From NCBI GenBank assembly GCA_013239625.1, contig MU053881.1:12228879-12292878 (forward strand): DNA of 64,000 nt, given 5' to 3'. The notes under the pieces were generated by a model, which made no database searches, was not told where the DNA came from, and saw only the letters and a program-made list of their open reading frames with translations. How positions within the stretch are numbered: the stretch's first letter is position 1; each line of letters begins with the position of its first letter. The position numbers were made by a program, and so were the translations under genes. The DNA comes from Lama guanicoe (Eukaryota). This document shows positions 38,246-51,630 of this stretch, piece after piece.

Positions 38246-40098
38246 AGTTTTAGTCTCTGTGTTGAAACGGTTGGGGCAAGTTTACACTGAGAAAAGAAGC
38301 ATGTCTGCAGAGCAAAACATATCCTCACACTTGCTAACCACAAACTGGCACACAAATGTGTAACTAGAAAAGTGTTAACTACACCAACGTGTACTAGATA
38401 GTCTCCATTTGCCCCCTCCAGGTCCACTCTCCAGCCCTCTCCATCCTGTTTTGTGTCTCAGGAGACTGGTTTTTTAATTGGTTGTATCACCTGCATTCCC
38501 TGGCCCCTTGGATTTGGCCAATGGAAAGCACCAGAATGAGATCAAAGGGCAAAAGGAGAAAAAGATTTTTCTCTCTGCTGGATCCTGGGTTGACCATGGC
38601 CATCCACACCTCTTATTCAGAAGTGTTCTCTTACACCTGTATTTCTCTCAAGTTTTGACAACTATGCCCTTCCCTCGCACCTGTTTCCTGGTACTGCTAG
38701 CTATGGGTGCCTCATCATCCCTTAAAGTTTCCCTTAAACTTGCCCACACCTTTATAAATGAGCCATTTTTAAAATCTCTTTAATAACCCCTTCGAGTTTA
38801 CTGTCTGTTTCCTGCTCCCCAGCTGATACACAATGCTCTCCATGCTTGGTTCATAATCATTTGTAGAGCTTCTTAGAAACACAGATTCCCAGATTCTACC
38901 CAAGACCCAGTGAATCAGAACCTCTATGCTTGGAGCTAAAGAATATGTAACTTTAACAAACAACCCAGGTGACTCTGATGCAGCCAACCTGGCAACCATC
39001 CCCGGACCAGCATTTGGGAACCAGCGCTCCACAGATCCTACCATGCCAAACTGAAGCACCTGAAAACAAACAGGATGCTTCCAGAACACAACCCCAGCTA
39101 CACTTCGCTCTAACGCCAGAGCAACCAGTACCCAGAAAAAGAAGTGGATTCTCCATGGGGATATCCAAAGCTGAGGAAAACAAGCATAAAAACGGTCTGT
39201 AGTGATAAGAGATGCTCTTGAGCACATTAAGTCAATGCTCAACTACCCCTTTCACATTTGATTAGATCCTCAATTGAAAATCACTTTTCAACCATTTTGC
39301 AGGAAATGAAATCCATTTCCCCCTCTGTCTGGTGCCAAAATTAACAAAGTGGAAAATGCCGACCCGCTTAGACCGGTCCAACTTCAGCTTAGCATGGGCA
39401 CCAGAGCACCCAGTGCCTTGCAGCCTGGGAGAAATGAGCCTGTTTATTCCTGAAGACCATGAGCCTCTGGTAGGACTAGCGGATAAACAGAATCAAAAGC
39501 CCAGCCTGCTACGGTCTCTGAGATCTCCTCTCCGAAGCTGGAGCCGAAGGCATCAGGAGATGGCTAAGCTGACCATCTGTTCGTCTCTCGGATAGTATGT
39601 AATTAAGTAATTTATTTATTCAGCACTTGAACCCCCTCCTCTCGCCTCCCATTAGTTAGGGATGATTATGCCAGACCCAGCTGTAGGTAACATATTGCGC
39701 ACTCTGACAAGGGCTGTGCTACAAAGCACTCTGCTAGCCTCCTGGCTATCGCCACCTCTCAGACCCGACCACAGGAGTGACTGCACGAGGCTTGCTGCTC
39801 TGCTGGCGTTGCTTTCTTCCCCAACGATTAGGCGGCACGTTCCTGCTGTGCATCAAACCATTTACTGTGCATATTTAATTCATTTGTTCAAAGATGAATT
39901 TACCCACATTCTCTGATCACTTCCACCAGGCCAGCTTACTTAGCAGCACCGATGGATTTGTCCCATCTGGCAAATTTTATCTAAATATATAAACAAACAC
40001 AAATGTACCCAGAGCCTGACACACAGCTACAGACCAACGGGATTGACTCCATAAGCCTCCGGCTAAACTTAGAGCTGAAACTATGATTACATGTAGCA

Positions 40099-40164
40099 TA
40101 TGTAACATTTTGCATATTACATGTAACGTTTTGCATATTTCATGTAACGTTTTACATATTGCAT
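40099..40164. repeat. 21-bp tandem repeat, 3 copies
   Basis: TATGTAACATTTTGCATATTA / CATGTAACGTTTTGCATATTT / CATGTAACGTTTTACATATTG. Confidence 0.92.
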
Positions 40165-40993
40165 CTGTTACTGCGGCCTGATTAACAACTTTTTCTGATA
40201 GTGGCTTTTTAATATTTTAAAGCAGAATCATCACTCCTTACTCTATGTCCCTGCAGTTTCAATGGGGCTGACTTGACCCAGGATTGGACTGATGACTTTG
40301 GCCAGCCTAGTGAATGCAAATCCTAGAAACTGTTGAAAAAAATGGAGATTATTTCCACGGAGGTCTAAGAAGATAGCAAGGTTGCCTGGGTCATCTAGGT
40401 GATTATCTTGCCATCTTAGCATTAGCTTCCTGAAAACAATCAATCGAAAAGAACTGGAACTCAGAGAGGGAGAGACCAAGTCCTAAGCAGACAAGTCACC
40501 ATTTGAGCCCCTGAATCCTCCTGATGCTCATCCTATTCCAAGACTTCCCTGGTATGTGAGCCAATAAATTCTTATCATTGCTTAAGTCACTCACTTATTT
40601 TTTAACACTTGCAAACAAAAGAATTTTGATTAATATACTTTCCTCATTTTAAATGCGATAGGTCACTGTAACACCTCAGTAACCATTCAAGCATGGACTG
40701 GGATAAATTCACCTGAGCTTATTAACCCATTTTTTTTTGTATAAATTGTACAAATGGAAGTTAGCAAATATAAACCAGGTTCTGCAAAAGGAACTTAAAA
40801 ACAGTAATTCCAAAACCATAGGTTCTCGAGAATAGGAAAGGATTAAAGGTCATTAGGGTACAACCCAATGGCTAATGATATTTGTTCCCTAACACTGATG
40901 TTATTAAGGAAGGCTGGAGGGCACTTGCCCAAGATATTGTAGAGAATGTTCTTAGAGCAAAGAAGATAATAGTTTGACATCCACAAAGACTGC

Positions 40994-41471
40994 TGTGGTA
41001 GGCTGACTCCAAAAGATATTTATGCCCTAATCCCGGGAATCCGTAAACGTCACCTTATATGGCAAAGAACTTTGTGGCTATGATTACGTTAAGGATCTTG
41101 AGATGGTAAGGTTATCCTGGATTATCCAGGTAGGTCCTAAATGCCATCACAAGGTTCCCTATGGGAGGAAGACAGAGGAATATTTGACTACATACAGAAG
41201 AAAAGAAGGTTATGTGACTATGGAGGCAAAGGCATGAGTGATGTAGCCACAGGCTAATGAATGCCAGCAGCCTCCAAAAGCTGGAAGAGGCCAGGAAGTG
41301 ATTCTCCCCAGGGTCCCCAGAGGGAGTGCAGCCCTCCCGTCACATTGATCTTGGCGCACTGAAACTGATATCAAATTTCTGGCCTCCAGAACTGTGAGCA
41401 AATAAATTTCTGCTGTTTTAAGCCACCGAGTTTGTGGCAATTTGTTACAGCACCCCTGGGAAACGACTATA
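40994..41471 (+). mobile_element. MLT1 (C/D-like) MaLR solo LTR
   Basis: TGTGGTAGGC..TAAGGATCTTGAGATGG..CTGGCCTCCAGAACTGTGAG..AATAAATTTCTGCTGTTTTAAGCCAC. Confidence 0.88.
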
Positions 41472-41534
41472 GGTACTCACAACTCCAGTGTTCCATGAGT
41501 TTTTGATCCTAGACACCCCTTTATGATCTTGACA

Positions 41535-41780
41535 GATGGTAGCAATGAGACCAGTTAACATTTGTTGAGGGCTTACTATGTGCCAATCACCATTCCAACA
41601 ACTTTACCTGTATTACCCATGTAACTTTCTTGATGACCTTATAACATAGGTCCCATGACTTTGTCACTTTGCAGACAGGCAAACAGAGGCTCGGGGAGGT
41701 TAAATAACTTGCTAAGGTCATAAAGCTAGTAAGTAGGAAAGCCGGGATTTGCACCGAAGCAATCTGGTTCCAGAGTCTGA
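41535..41780 (-). mobile_element. MIR
   Basis: CAGACAGGCAAACAGAGGCTC..GGTTAAATAACTTGCTAAGGTCATA. Confidence 0.8.
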
Positions 41781-41784
41781 GAGC

Positions 41785-42100
41785 ATAGAAGATTTTTAGG
41801 GCAGTGAAAATACTCTGTGATGACACCATAATGATGGATACATGTCACTTTGCATTTATCCAAACCCAAAGAATATACAACATTAAGAGCGAACCCTAAG
41901 GTGAGCGATAGACTTTGGGTGATTATGATGTGTCAATGTAGGTTCATCAGTTGTAGCTACTGTACCATTTTGGTGGAGGATGTTTGGTGGATAATGGGGG
42001 GGTGTGCATCTGTAGGGTAGGGGTGTATGGTAAACCTTCCATAAACCCCCTGTGCCCTCCTTTCAATTTTTCTGTGAACCTTAAACTCCTCTCTAAAAAT
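41785..42100 (+). mobile_element. L1MC1-like 3' end
   Basis: TTTTTAGGGCAGTGAAAATACTCTG..GACTTTGGGTGATTATGATGTGTCAATGTAGGTTCATC. Confidence 0.8.
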
Positions 42101-43530
42101 TGTTAACAAAAAATTATAGCAAAGGTGACAAGCAGGAGAGAGAAAGAAGGATAGAATATGATGTTATGGCAAAAGTGAAAACAAAATGCAATGAATGTAC
42201 TGAGGTCCCATGTGATTAGGCAGGTGTTTCTCAGCTGTGTTTTGTATAAACCTTTATGGCACTTTCCCACGTGTTGCCAACTACCTCGCCTACACCAATG
42301 CACACGGCGGGTAAGGGGACTGAGTTAGGGCTTCGCTTATCTGAAGAATCACCAGTCTTCACAGATCTGTTTGCTGCGCATTCAACCATGTTCTCTACAA
42401 AGAGAGACAGCAGCTAAGGACACTGTTTAAAATGGGACATCACATCCACCCGTGAAACAACATTTGGGAGTCTCTGCTTTAGATCTGAGTGTATGTGATG
42501 GGGAGAGAGAAGGCGGCCAATTTTTAGAACAATCTTACTTGTCTGGTGGGACTTAACGCTTTATCTCAAACACAAATGCGCTAATAGATAAATCTAAAAT
42601 AACTGATACAAATCTCTCCGCTGGGCCAGTGGGAAATTTCCAACCTTTGTAAGTTGGGAAGTGCTCAACTAAGCAACCTTTCAGAAAAGCGTGTCTATCT
42701 TTTTGAGCTGTTTCTGGGGAATTGCATACCAAAAATTCTAGAAACAAAAATACATCCTGATTTTTCTAGGATCTGTTTGCCAGCTTGATACAAGGCGGCT
42801 CAGGACAGAGACAGTCAGGGCTCAGAGTGTTTTTAAAATTATATTCACAATTAAAATGTTTTCCAATATGGTGTTTAAACATCAAAATCGAAACAGCTTT
42901 TTGAGGAAATCAGAAGGGGGAAAAAAAGCATTCCCTAATTTTTTAGTCCCTATAAAATATCTAAAGGAATTTATTTCCCTACCAACACTGCCATAACTTA
43001 ATAATTTGACAGCCCTCACTTAATAATTTGACAGCCCTTTTCTGAAAAATGTCTTTAGGAGATTTACACCTAGAAGAACTAGGCACAAAATTTTGATTGA
43101 CTACAGTAAGCCACAAAGTGGCATATTCTGATTGATTTTAGGCAGGGAAGAAAAACCATATGCTAAATGTTTCTGTCTTCTTTTGGGTGGGAAGAATAAT
43201 TATTGGTCAGGTCCCAGGGGTTTCAGAAATGGTTAAGTACCCAAACTTCATTTTCTGCTTAAATCTTCAAGTCATTCTTCTGATGATTAATTCAGCTTTG
43301 CAAAAAGATACACTTGTGGCCACATCCTTGTTATAAGAAGTCAATGACAAAATCTTAACTTACTTTATTGAGTTTATTTTTTGACACAACTGTCAAAAGA
43401 TAGCTAGACTTTTTTTTTTTAAAAAAAAAAAAGAAAAGATTAATTTATATGTAAGAAATCCAGGAAAGACTACCAAAAGGAATTCAAGCATGTTTGGAGT
43501 ATATCCCTAATTTGCGGGGTGGGGGTGTGC

Positions 43531-43923
43531 TATTATAGGTTGAATGTTTGTGTTTCTTCAAAATTCACATGGGGCAGTCCTAACCTCCAATGTGATGGTA
43601 TTTGGGGATGGGGCCTTTGGGAGATAACTGGGGTTAGGTGAGGTCATAAGGGGGTGGGCCATCTTGATAGGATTAGTGTTATTATAAGGAGAGACACCAG
43701 AGAGCTAGCCTTCTCTCTCCCTCGCCACACACAGTGCATAAAGAAGGGCCATGAGGTCAGACAGATACAAGCAGTCATCTGGAAGCCTAGAAGAGAGTCC
43801 TCACCAGAATCTGACATTGGCACTTGCACTTCCAGCTTCTGGAACTGTGAGAAAATAAATTTCAGTTGTTTAAGCTACCAGGTGTACAGTATTTTGTTCT
43901 GGCAGGCTGAGCTGACTGATATA
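43531..43923 (+). mobile_element. MLT1A-like MaLR solo LTR
   Basis: TGAATGTTTGTGT..CAATGTGATGGTATTTGGGGATGGGGCCTTTGGGAG..GAACTGTGAGAAAATAAATTTC. Confidence 0.88.
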
Positions 43924-44926
43924 GAGGAACCATATCCCAGAAGAAAGTTTCAGCATCATGATCTAACATCCTCCAGCAGACATCTTTTGGGATGTGTCTG
44001 CCTCGCCCACATCTATACTGCTGAGAAGTGACACCCTCCACCTGCAGGGTTTTAATGGAACTCACCCTCCTGCCTGTAACTGACTGGCCTGCAGGTAGAT
44101 ATACCTGGCAAACCGTGCTGCTCTCAGCCATACAGGAGCCTGAGGGGGGTAAAATAATCAGTAATAGTGATCCTGTCTTTATTTAAAATTTTGTCTTTTG
44201 TTTATATGGAAATTTTGCATGGATTTTTAAAAAATATTGCATTGAGGTATTATTTATCCAGATTATTGATATTTTTAGTCCTTGCATTAAATTTTGCACC
44301 TGAGGCTCCACTCACTTCACCTTAGTCCCGTCCCTGCTGATCAAGTCAGGTGTCCCCTGAATTTGGGGAATGGTCTAAGAAAGCGTGGTCAAGGAAACTT
44401 AAACTGGCAGCCTCAGGACTCCATTTGGCCTGTAGATTCTGGGTATGTTTAGCTTTGCCATTCATACTGTTGAATTTGGATCCTTTTAAGGAAGAAGTGC
44501 ACACGGCATATTGCCACTGTCCCATTACTGCCTAGTAACTGAAGTGTGGCCCAGCTCCTCAAGGCCTTTGGGCCTGCCTCAGCCTAGTGGCTGGGACTGG
44601 TCCCTGAGATTGAGACCCCATGAGGCCACTGTATCCTGTATCTACACATGCAGAAAGGTGCAAAAAAGCCCAACTGCAGAAAGGAAAACAAAGCAGACGT
44701 GCAGAGAGGAGCAAAGAAGAGACCTCTAGGAGACATAAGAGTGTCAGCTTGACTGTGCTGACTTTGAACTTCTGTTCTTGTCACCCACGGGCAGCTCAAA
44801 CTGTACCTTTGATCTGAATGAAACATCCCACATCCCTTACCACTAACCACCCCTCGCTCTCTCCTGCCTCCCCGGGCTAGGGCTTCTGATACGAGGAAAC
44901 TAATAATCTTCACCAAGTATCCTGGG

Positions 44927-45444
44927 TTTTGTTGTTTGTTTGTTTGTTTTATTTATTAAAATATAGTCAGTTACAATGTGTCAATTTCTGGTGTACAGCA
45001 TAACTCTTCGGTCATATATATACATATATATTTGTTTTCATATTTTTTTCATTATAGGTTACTATAAGATATTAAATATAGTTCCCTGTGCTATATAGAA
45101 GAAACTTGTCCTTTTATTCGTTTTAATATGTAGTAGTTAATATTAGCAATTCTCAAACTCCCAATTTATCCCTTCCAACTCCCTTCTCCCCAGTATAAAG
45201 AAACTGCGGTATATTTATACAATGGAATACTACTCGGCCATAAAAAAGAATAAAACAATCCCATCTGCTGTAACATGGGTGGTTCTGGAGATCGTCATTC
45301 TAAGTGAAGTAAGCCAGAAAGAGAAAGAAAAATACCATATGATATCACTCATATGTGGAATCTAAAAAAAAAGAAGGAACGAAATTAAAAAGAAGACACT
45401 AATGAACTTATCTACAAAACGGAAACACACTTAAAGACATAGTA
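44927..45444 (-). mobile_element. Young L1 with 5' inversion
   Basis: 44927-~45194 is the minus-strand 3'UTR with a T-rich tail. ~45195-45444 is the adjacent upstream L1 segment in plus orientation. Confidence 0.85.
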
Positions 45445-47134
45445 CCCAAGACTCCTGTTGAGGAAAAACCATCATCCTTTCTTACCTTCTATTTACTGTA
45501 AAATGAGCAGACAAGCAATTTGCCAAGTACGTTCTGTCCTGCACGGAGTCCCCGACCAGTAAAAACAGCTGCCATTTGAAAGGAGGAGCGATCTTCACTC
45601 CACAGTCTTTGTTGTGTGGTTGACAACCCCACGTGCACCACAGACACAGTTAACCCTGAAAGACCAGCGAGCGCTGGGAGGCTGGATGGGGTCACCCTCC
45701 AGGAGCCATAAAGAACACTGCCCAGGCCCCCGCTGTGATTTACTGTTCTTATAATGATTCGTAATCAATTTTAATCAGGAAACAACATACCCATTTAAAT
45801 AAAATGAAACCAAAAGCACCAGGAAGAAAACCAAAGTTTGATTCCAAGCAACACTGAAGACTTCAGTCTCTGCAAAGAAAATCTAATTCTGCCAAAATTC
45901 AGTACGTTTTACATTTAAATTTGCTCTGATTTATGACAATCTCCTGGGTACCAATGGTCTATAAAAAAAACCATTAACTCTGTGGAGGCAATTGTTAGTT
46001 TTTATAATAAAAAATGCATACTGCTCATGACATTATTGCTTAGGAAATTAGGGAACACAGCTTCTAACACCCTGTGCGTGGAATACTGTAGCAAACCACT
46101 TAACTTGCAATAATAGAGTATTGACTAGGTACAGTGATCTGTGAGACACAGTCACAGTCAGATTAAACTACCATCACACTGTGCTTGATGATGCCTCGCT
46201 TACAATACATTCATTCCACCTCAGCCAAAGAATTCCAAACAGATCAGCTAGGAACAGGCCTCAGAGGCTCTTCCTGTACAGTATTTATTATTTTCCTCGT
46301 TTCACTTTGTTTTCAAAAAATTAAAATACTGACTTCCTTCCTCCTTAGGACGTTGTAATACTGTTAAGCCCATGATTCAAACAATATGTGAATTAAAAGA
46401 AGGTGTTTCTGAGGCTGATTTCAAATTTACCAAAGAGAATCGCCATCCAAAATGTCAGGTTATCATTTGCAGGTCTTGAAGGCATGACACAGTAAATTTA
46501 AGAGCTTTAAAATGCCCTTTAATGAGCCACGCGAGTCCAATAGCATCAAAACATACAAGTGTACGTGTTCTTTCTAAATGCAGGCTGTGATTGGCACCCC
46601 TCCCTTCTCCTTCTCCCTCTCTTTCCCCCTCTTCCCATCTCCCTTTTTCCCTTCTCCCCTTTCTCTTCTTCACACACATACACACACACACACACACATC
46701 ACACATACACTCAGACTTTTCATTGTTACCTAGTTAATCTGCAAAACCAATCCAGCATATTACACAGTGACAGGATATGATCAGATATCTTCTGGTCCCT
46801 GTCACTACTCTTTAATGGACACTGGAACATTTAGTCTGAAGCCTTTTCTTAGCATCCCAATGCTGAAACCTATTGCATTGTGGACAGATCCTAGGCATCT
46901 ATGCCAGGTAAGCCTACCCTTTCCAGACACCACCCTGGAAAATGTATCCATGCTATAGGTCAAAGGAGGAGAAGCCTCAGTGGGTATAACTTGGGAAACA
47001 TAACATAAAAAAAAAACCAAAACTGGTGTGCCCCCTAAACACTCCTCCTGTTTTACCATAATTGGTATTACTCCTTTGACTTCAGGCATTATTTAAATGC
47101 AACGATTATAATAATGTGAATCTTCTGAACATAT

Positions 47135-47651
47135 TGTTGGGGACAACTCTTCACAGGTTTCTCACACTCTGCAAGTTTCCTGAGCAGAGGCATTGGCAGT
47201 TTTTTCCTAGACTAGCCTGTCAAGTATACTTGAATAGCAAACAGCCTTGGGAGATAGAGATAGTATCTCCCTCTGGGACAGATGACAGATTTGTTTCCTG
47301 ATCAATGTAGGAAAGATGATGTCTCCCTCTGAGGCAAAGGTTGGTCATGTTTACCAGCAGCCCCTTTAAAAAACTGGACTTCCCTAAGCTTGGGGTTCCT
47401 CAGCTGTGACACAATCCCATTACATGCACAGCACTACTACTGGGCTGCTTCTCCATCATCCCATGGTACTTGGGGGACAAGGGGAACCAATGACATCAGG
47501 ATGCTCATGCTGCCTGGGGAGCTGTGAATAATCAAGTCTGTTGTCTCTACCCAGGAGTTTTATGCCTTCATCCAACATCCGTGAAATTGTCATAAGCTGA
47601 CTTGTTAGTTTACAAGTAGGTTAAAATTTCAAACCATCACAGTTCTGGACA
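47135..47651 (+). mobile_element. Solo LTR, MER76-like (ERV-L class)
   Basis: TG...CA termini. GAGCAGAGGCA..ATAGCAAACAGCCTTGGGAGATAGAGATAGTATCTCCCTCTG resembles MER76 as I recall it; subfamily uncertain. Confidence 0.65.
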
Positions 47652-48355
47652 CTCACCAGGCTTGAAAAAATTAACATGTAACTTGAAAATAACCAACTCT
47701 TTCCTCCCAGGAATAACAAATTGACTCCTGAATTTCAGTGGTTCTAAGAGATGCTTAAAATATTCCTCAGATATTTGTCAGTCCCAAGGGAATGCATCAC
47801 ACATGCCCATGAACTGATACATCCACTCGAGCCCCCACACAGAACTGCCAGGTTTTCCCTCTCCTGCGCCAACTGCCTTCATAGGTATCATGAGCTCCCC
47901 TCCAGCAACTGCTGACCACATCCACCCTGTGAGAGCCAGTGTCCATGTAAGAGCATGGTCTCCAGAGCATCCTCCATGACTCCAATTCCAAAGGTACAAA
48001 ACAGTGCTTGGTGACTTCCCTCTATCCCATTCTGTGCCATGCTCTGTCACCTCAGTTCTGAAACACCACTGCATGGGCAACAGAATCCCTAAAGATGCTC
48101 ATAAGAAAAAAAATTATAGCAACGTCTGACCACTGCCCCATTAACCAATGAACTCAAACCCATCTCACTTATAAGGCAAGAAAGACAAAACCACACCCTC
48201 ATTGTTTTTGTCCCTCCTCCTCTTTGTAAACTTTATTGCAGTCCAGCTCCTCCCTCCAATTCAAACTAACCCAATGTTCTTATATCAAAAATACAGATGG
48301 ATTCTGGGCAAACATCTTAAAACTCCATTCCATCCTGTTAATAGTACTATTAACA

Positions 48356-48435
48356 AGTAAATAAACCTAATTACCTCCCCCTCTAAGGAAAACAACAAAA
48401 ACAACAAAAAAATTGAAAGAATTGGTAAAAAAAAT
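48356..48435 (+). mobile_element. 5'-truncated camelid-type SINE tail
   Basis: AAATAAACCTAATTACCTCCCC + A-rich tail, matching the 3' part (TAATTACCTCC) of the SINE at 58084-58201. Confidence 0.6.
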
Positions 48436-51244
48436 ATATATATATGTACATATATATATATAGAAAGGAAAAAAATGAATAAGTGGCCTAGACTTTAAAG
48501 ATATATTGGAAGTGTGCACCTAAGAACTGAACAAGTTTCTGGCAGTAAGGACAAGATTATCAAGGTCATCTTCAGCTTTGAGCACCTCTATCCAGGGCAA
48601 AACTTCTTTGCACATGTACCCCAGGCTTTGAAACTTGTCCTTCTGTTATGTAGGTGATGGTGCTCATTTGTATGTTCAAGTATGCTAATTGGTAATTATG
48701 AAAAGCAGTACCTGTGAAACACGGGTGGACTAGAGTAATTGCTCAATACGAAGCTAACAAGAAATTGAATTTTGCTATCTTTCATTTTTCTGTCTTCATC
48801 CCCCCAAAAAAGAAGAAAATGTAGGCTTGCTAGGGAACAAAGAAAGCGTCTGGATCAGAATGCCTCCCAAATTTCATATCCAATCCTGCCATCCAAACAA
48901 GGATTTAGAAGTGCTTTTCCTAAACCAATAATTGAGTGGTTCCTGCCAATTTCTCCCAGAATTTGGCTTTTCTTAATAGGCCATTCCACTGCCTTTTCCC
49001 CTTTTGTTCTTTGTCATGAAAATAAGAGAAACTGGATGAATTGTACACAATCACCAGGGATATCATGGGGGGTAAAAAGGTGTGTGATGAACTGTTTATT
49101 AAAGAAAAAAAAGATTTTTGAAGTCATGGGGTTTTCTGAGAAAAATCCACAAATAAAAAAATACCATCTAGAAAGCTGACAGTTTTATAAATTGGCCCAT
49201 AAAACAGTAATGCTCAAATTTTTTACTAGCCAGGAAATTGTTTAGTTTTGACAGAAATGACCCAAGTATCAAGGACTATATTTCTATGAGGAAAGTGATA
49301 AATACTAAAACATATAGCCAGGACCAATTTTTGCCCCCCAAAACAAAGGAACTAAGTTACTTACAGAGAAGGATGAACTGACATTTAACACAACTCAACA
49401 GTGATTTCCTTCCCAGAGGTTCCTCAGGAAGGCTGTACCACCACCCAAAACTCTACATCTTTCCACTGCTATGGCCCATTTCCCTAAGTCCAAGTGTGGT
49501 CCTAGTCTGATCACTGAAACAATGTTCAGGCCATGTATGGTTTGAGAAGTTCTCTTAATAAGAGAATTTCCATCTGAATCTTGATCCTGAAAGAGGAGTT
49601 TGAGAAAATGTCTTAACCTTGTGAAACAGATTCTCTCAAGGCTGAATCTATTCCCTGGGAGTTAGTTAAATTACTACGGAAATGCTGGGTGTTCTGCAGG
49701 ATGGTGTTATCATGAGGTCCACAGAACAAGTTTGGTGGGAGCTGGTCTTAGGTTCAAATCCCAGATCTGCCATTTTTGCCCAGGTGGCCTTAGGAAAGTT
49801 ACATGAAATTTCTTAAGCCCGGGTTCTGCTTCTCTAAGAGAGAGATAATACTACTACCCAACCCAACATGTTCTCCATGGAAAAAAAAAACCACGATGAT
49901 CAACCTTAATACACGAACTAGACTTTATATATAGCAGAACTGTCACAGATCTCAAACAACTTCAGCACCAGGAGAAAGAACAGCACCACTATGGAAAAAC
50001 AACGACTTTGATTGCCGTGAGGTACAAAAATCCCTGCAGAAGACGAGGGGTGTGAAGAAGAAAACAATTAGTCACACCTTCTCCTTCTGGAGCTATTGTC
50101 CAATCTCTAGAAGCTGCTCAGGCTTCATCTGTGAACGGGAGCTGATAGGTGACGGGTGACGATGCTCAGAACAGCAGGTGTACATCATGGAATCAGCACT
50201 GGCTGAGAAGCCCAAAAAGCTCACCCTGGCTTTGCCATGGATTGGCTCTCCCTGGGGCACTCACTTAACCTCTCTGAGACCCCAAACTCACAGTCATAAA
50301 ATGAGATTTGAATGGCATAGGTTTTAGAAGGTCCACTGGAGCTAATGAAATACGTTCTAACTTTCCAGGATTCGACTAAACCAAACACACATGATCGACG
50401 AAAGATTTCAAGTCAAGTTACCTTTCTCCTGGAGAAATCAACCTTCCATTGTAGGGAACTCATGCGTTGTCTGGCAGTGAACGTCCTGATCCACCGGGCT
50501 GGGCATCCAGGTGACCCACGTTTCTGTATAAATGCTTCTGCTGGTGCCAAGGGCTGCGTGCAGCCTGGAACTAGAAAGAAAGAGATTAAACTGAAGGCAC
50601 AAACACCTGCCTCAAAGCCTGTAGGGAGCTCTAACCATTCTGATGGGCCATTTGTGGTAATTGTCCTGTCTTATCCAATAAACGGGCTATTCAAGCACTG
50701 AGAGGTTGATGCCTCCTGTCAGTTGACCGTAATTCCAATCACCTCCATTGCACATATATGTTTCATTTGCATCGCACCTGTATCTCTACAGACCAAGAGA
50801 GACCAATTAAACTATGATTAGCACATATGCCACCTAAATCTGACAAACGTCTGTTCTCAATGAAACTAAAGAACTGTGTCAGGGAAGGCCAGATGACCAC
50901 TTAGGTGTGGGAAGGTAGTACCAATGACATTGAGAATATGACGTGCAGAAATAGATCTAAAAGAAATAGGTTTTCTTAGCTGCATTTTCTATTGCTATTG
51001 ACAGACAGCTTTTGATAGCACATGTTCAGATAAAGGAGAGTATTCCATTTTAAACACTTGCTAGTAAATAAAGTGGCAGAGGAATAGGATCCTGTGGCTT
51101 GACTTAAATAAGTACATCACTTGCCAGGGCATCTGGACATTAGCATCTGGATACAACATCATCTGGGCTGTTGAAATGTAAAACACAACTACAGACAAGG
51201 TCATTGCCGTGACTGATACATCATCCCACCTTGCCTCCCTGCCT

Positions 51245-51630
51245 GTATGAGTTAGGACAGCACCAGCTGCTCTTAAAAATAAAACTGTTAGCATCCAGTG
51301 AAAGTGTTCCTGGTGAACGGGCCACTCTCCTCCACATGGGGATTTAGAGAACGAGAATCCTTGTCTTCTGACCATCAATTCCAATGTCCCTGGAGTGTCC
51401 TGTACCCAAATGACAGACAAGGGAAAGGAGGGTAAAGGGATATTGGTTTCTTAAAATGTTGGCCCAGGAAATAATACCTCTCCTCCTTTGCAAGAGCCAC
51501 CACATGGATGCAAGGAGGACCAGGAAATGTAGTCTCTAGCTGGACAATTTCCTCCCAAGGTTTGATCCCAGGCCAGGGAAGGCACAGCACTGAAGTTTGG
51601 TGGACAGCTAGCTAGTCTCCTCTACAATCA
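51245..51630. mobile_element. Old MLT1 (J/K-like) LTR remnant
   Basis: TGTATGAGTTAGGAC..TGCAAGGAGGACCAGGAAATGTAGTCTCTAGCTGG. Confidence 0.5.

Noticed and set aside
38769..39242. 157-aa minus-strand ORF
   Set aside because: Overlaps MER5/MLT-like remnants and has no recognisable protein similarity.
40099..40164. CRISPR-like array
   Set aside because: Head-to-tail repeat without spacers, eukaryotic context, no cas genes.
43379..43433. Adjacent hairpins TTTTGACA-CAAC-TGTCAAAA and T11/A12
   Set aside because: Low-complexity AT palindromes that are common by chance; no element or RNA signature.
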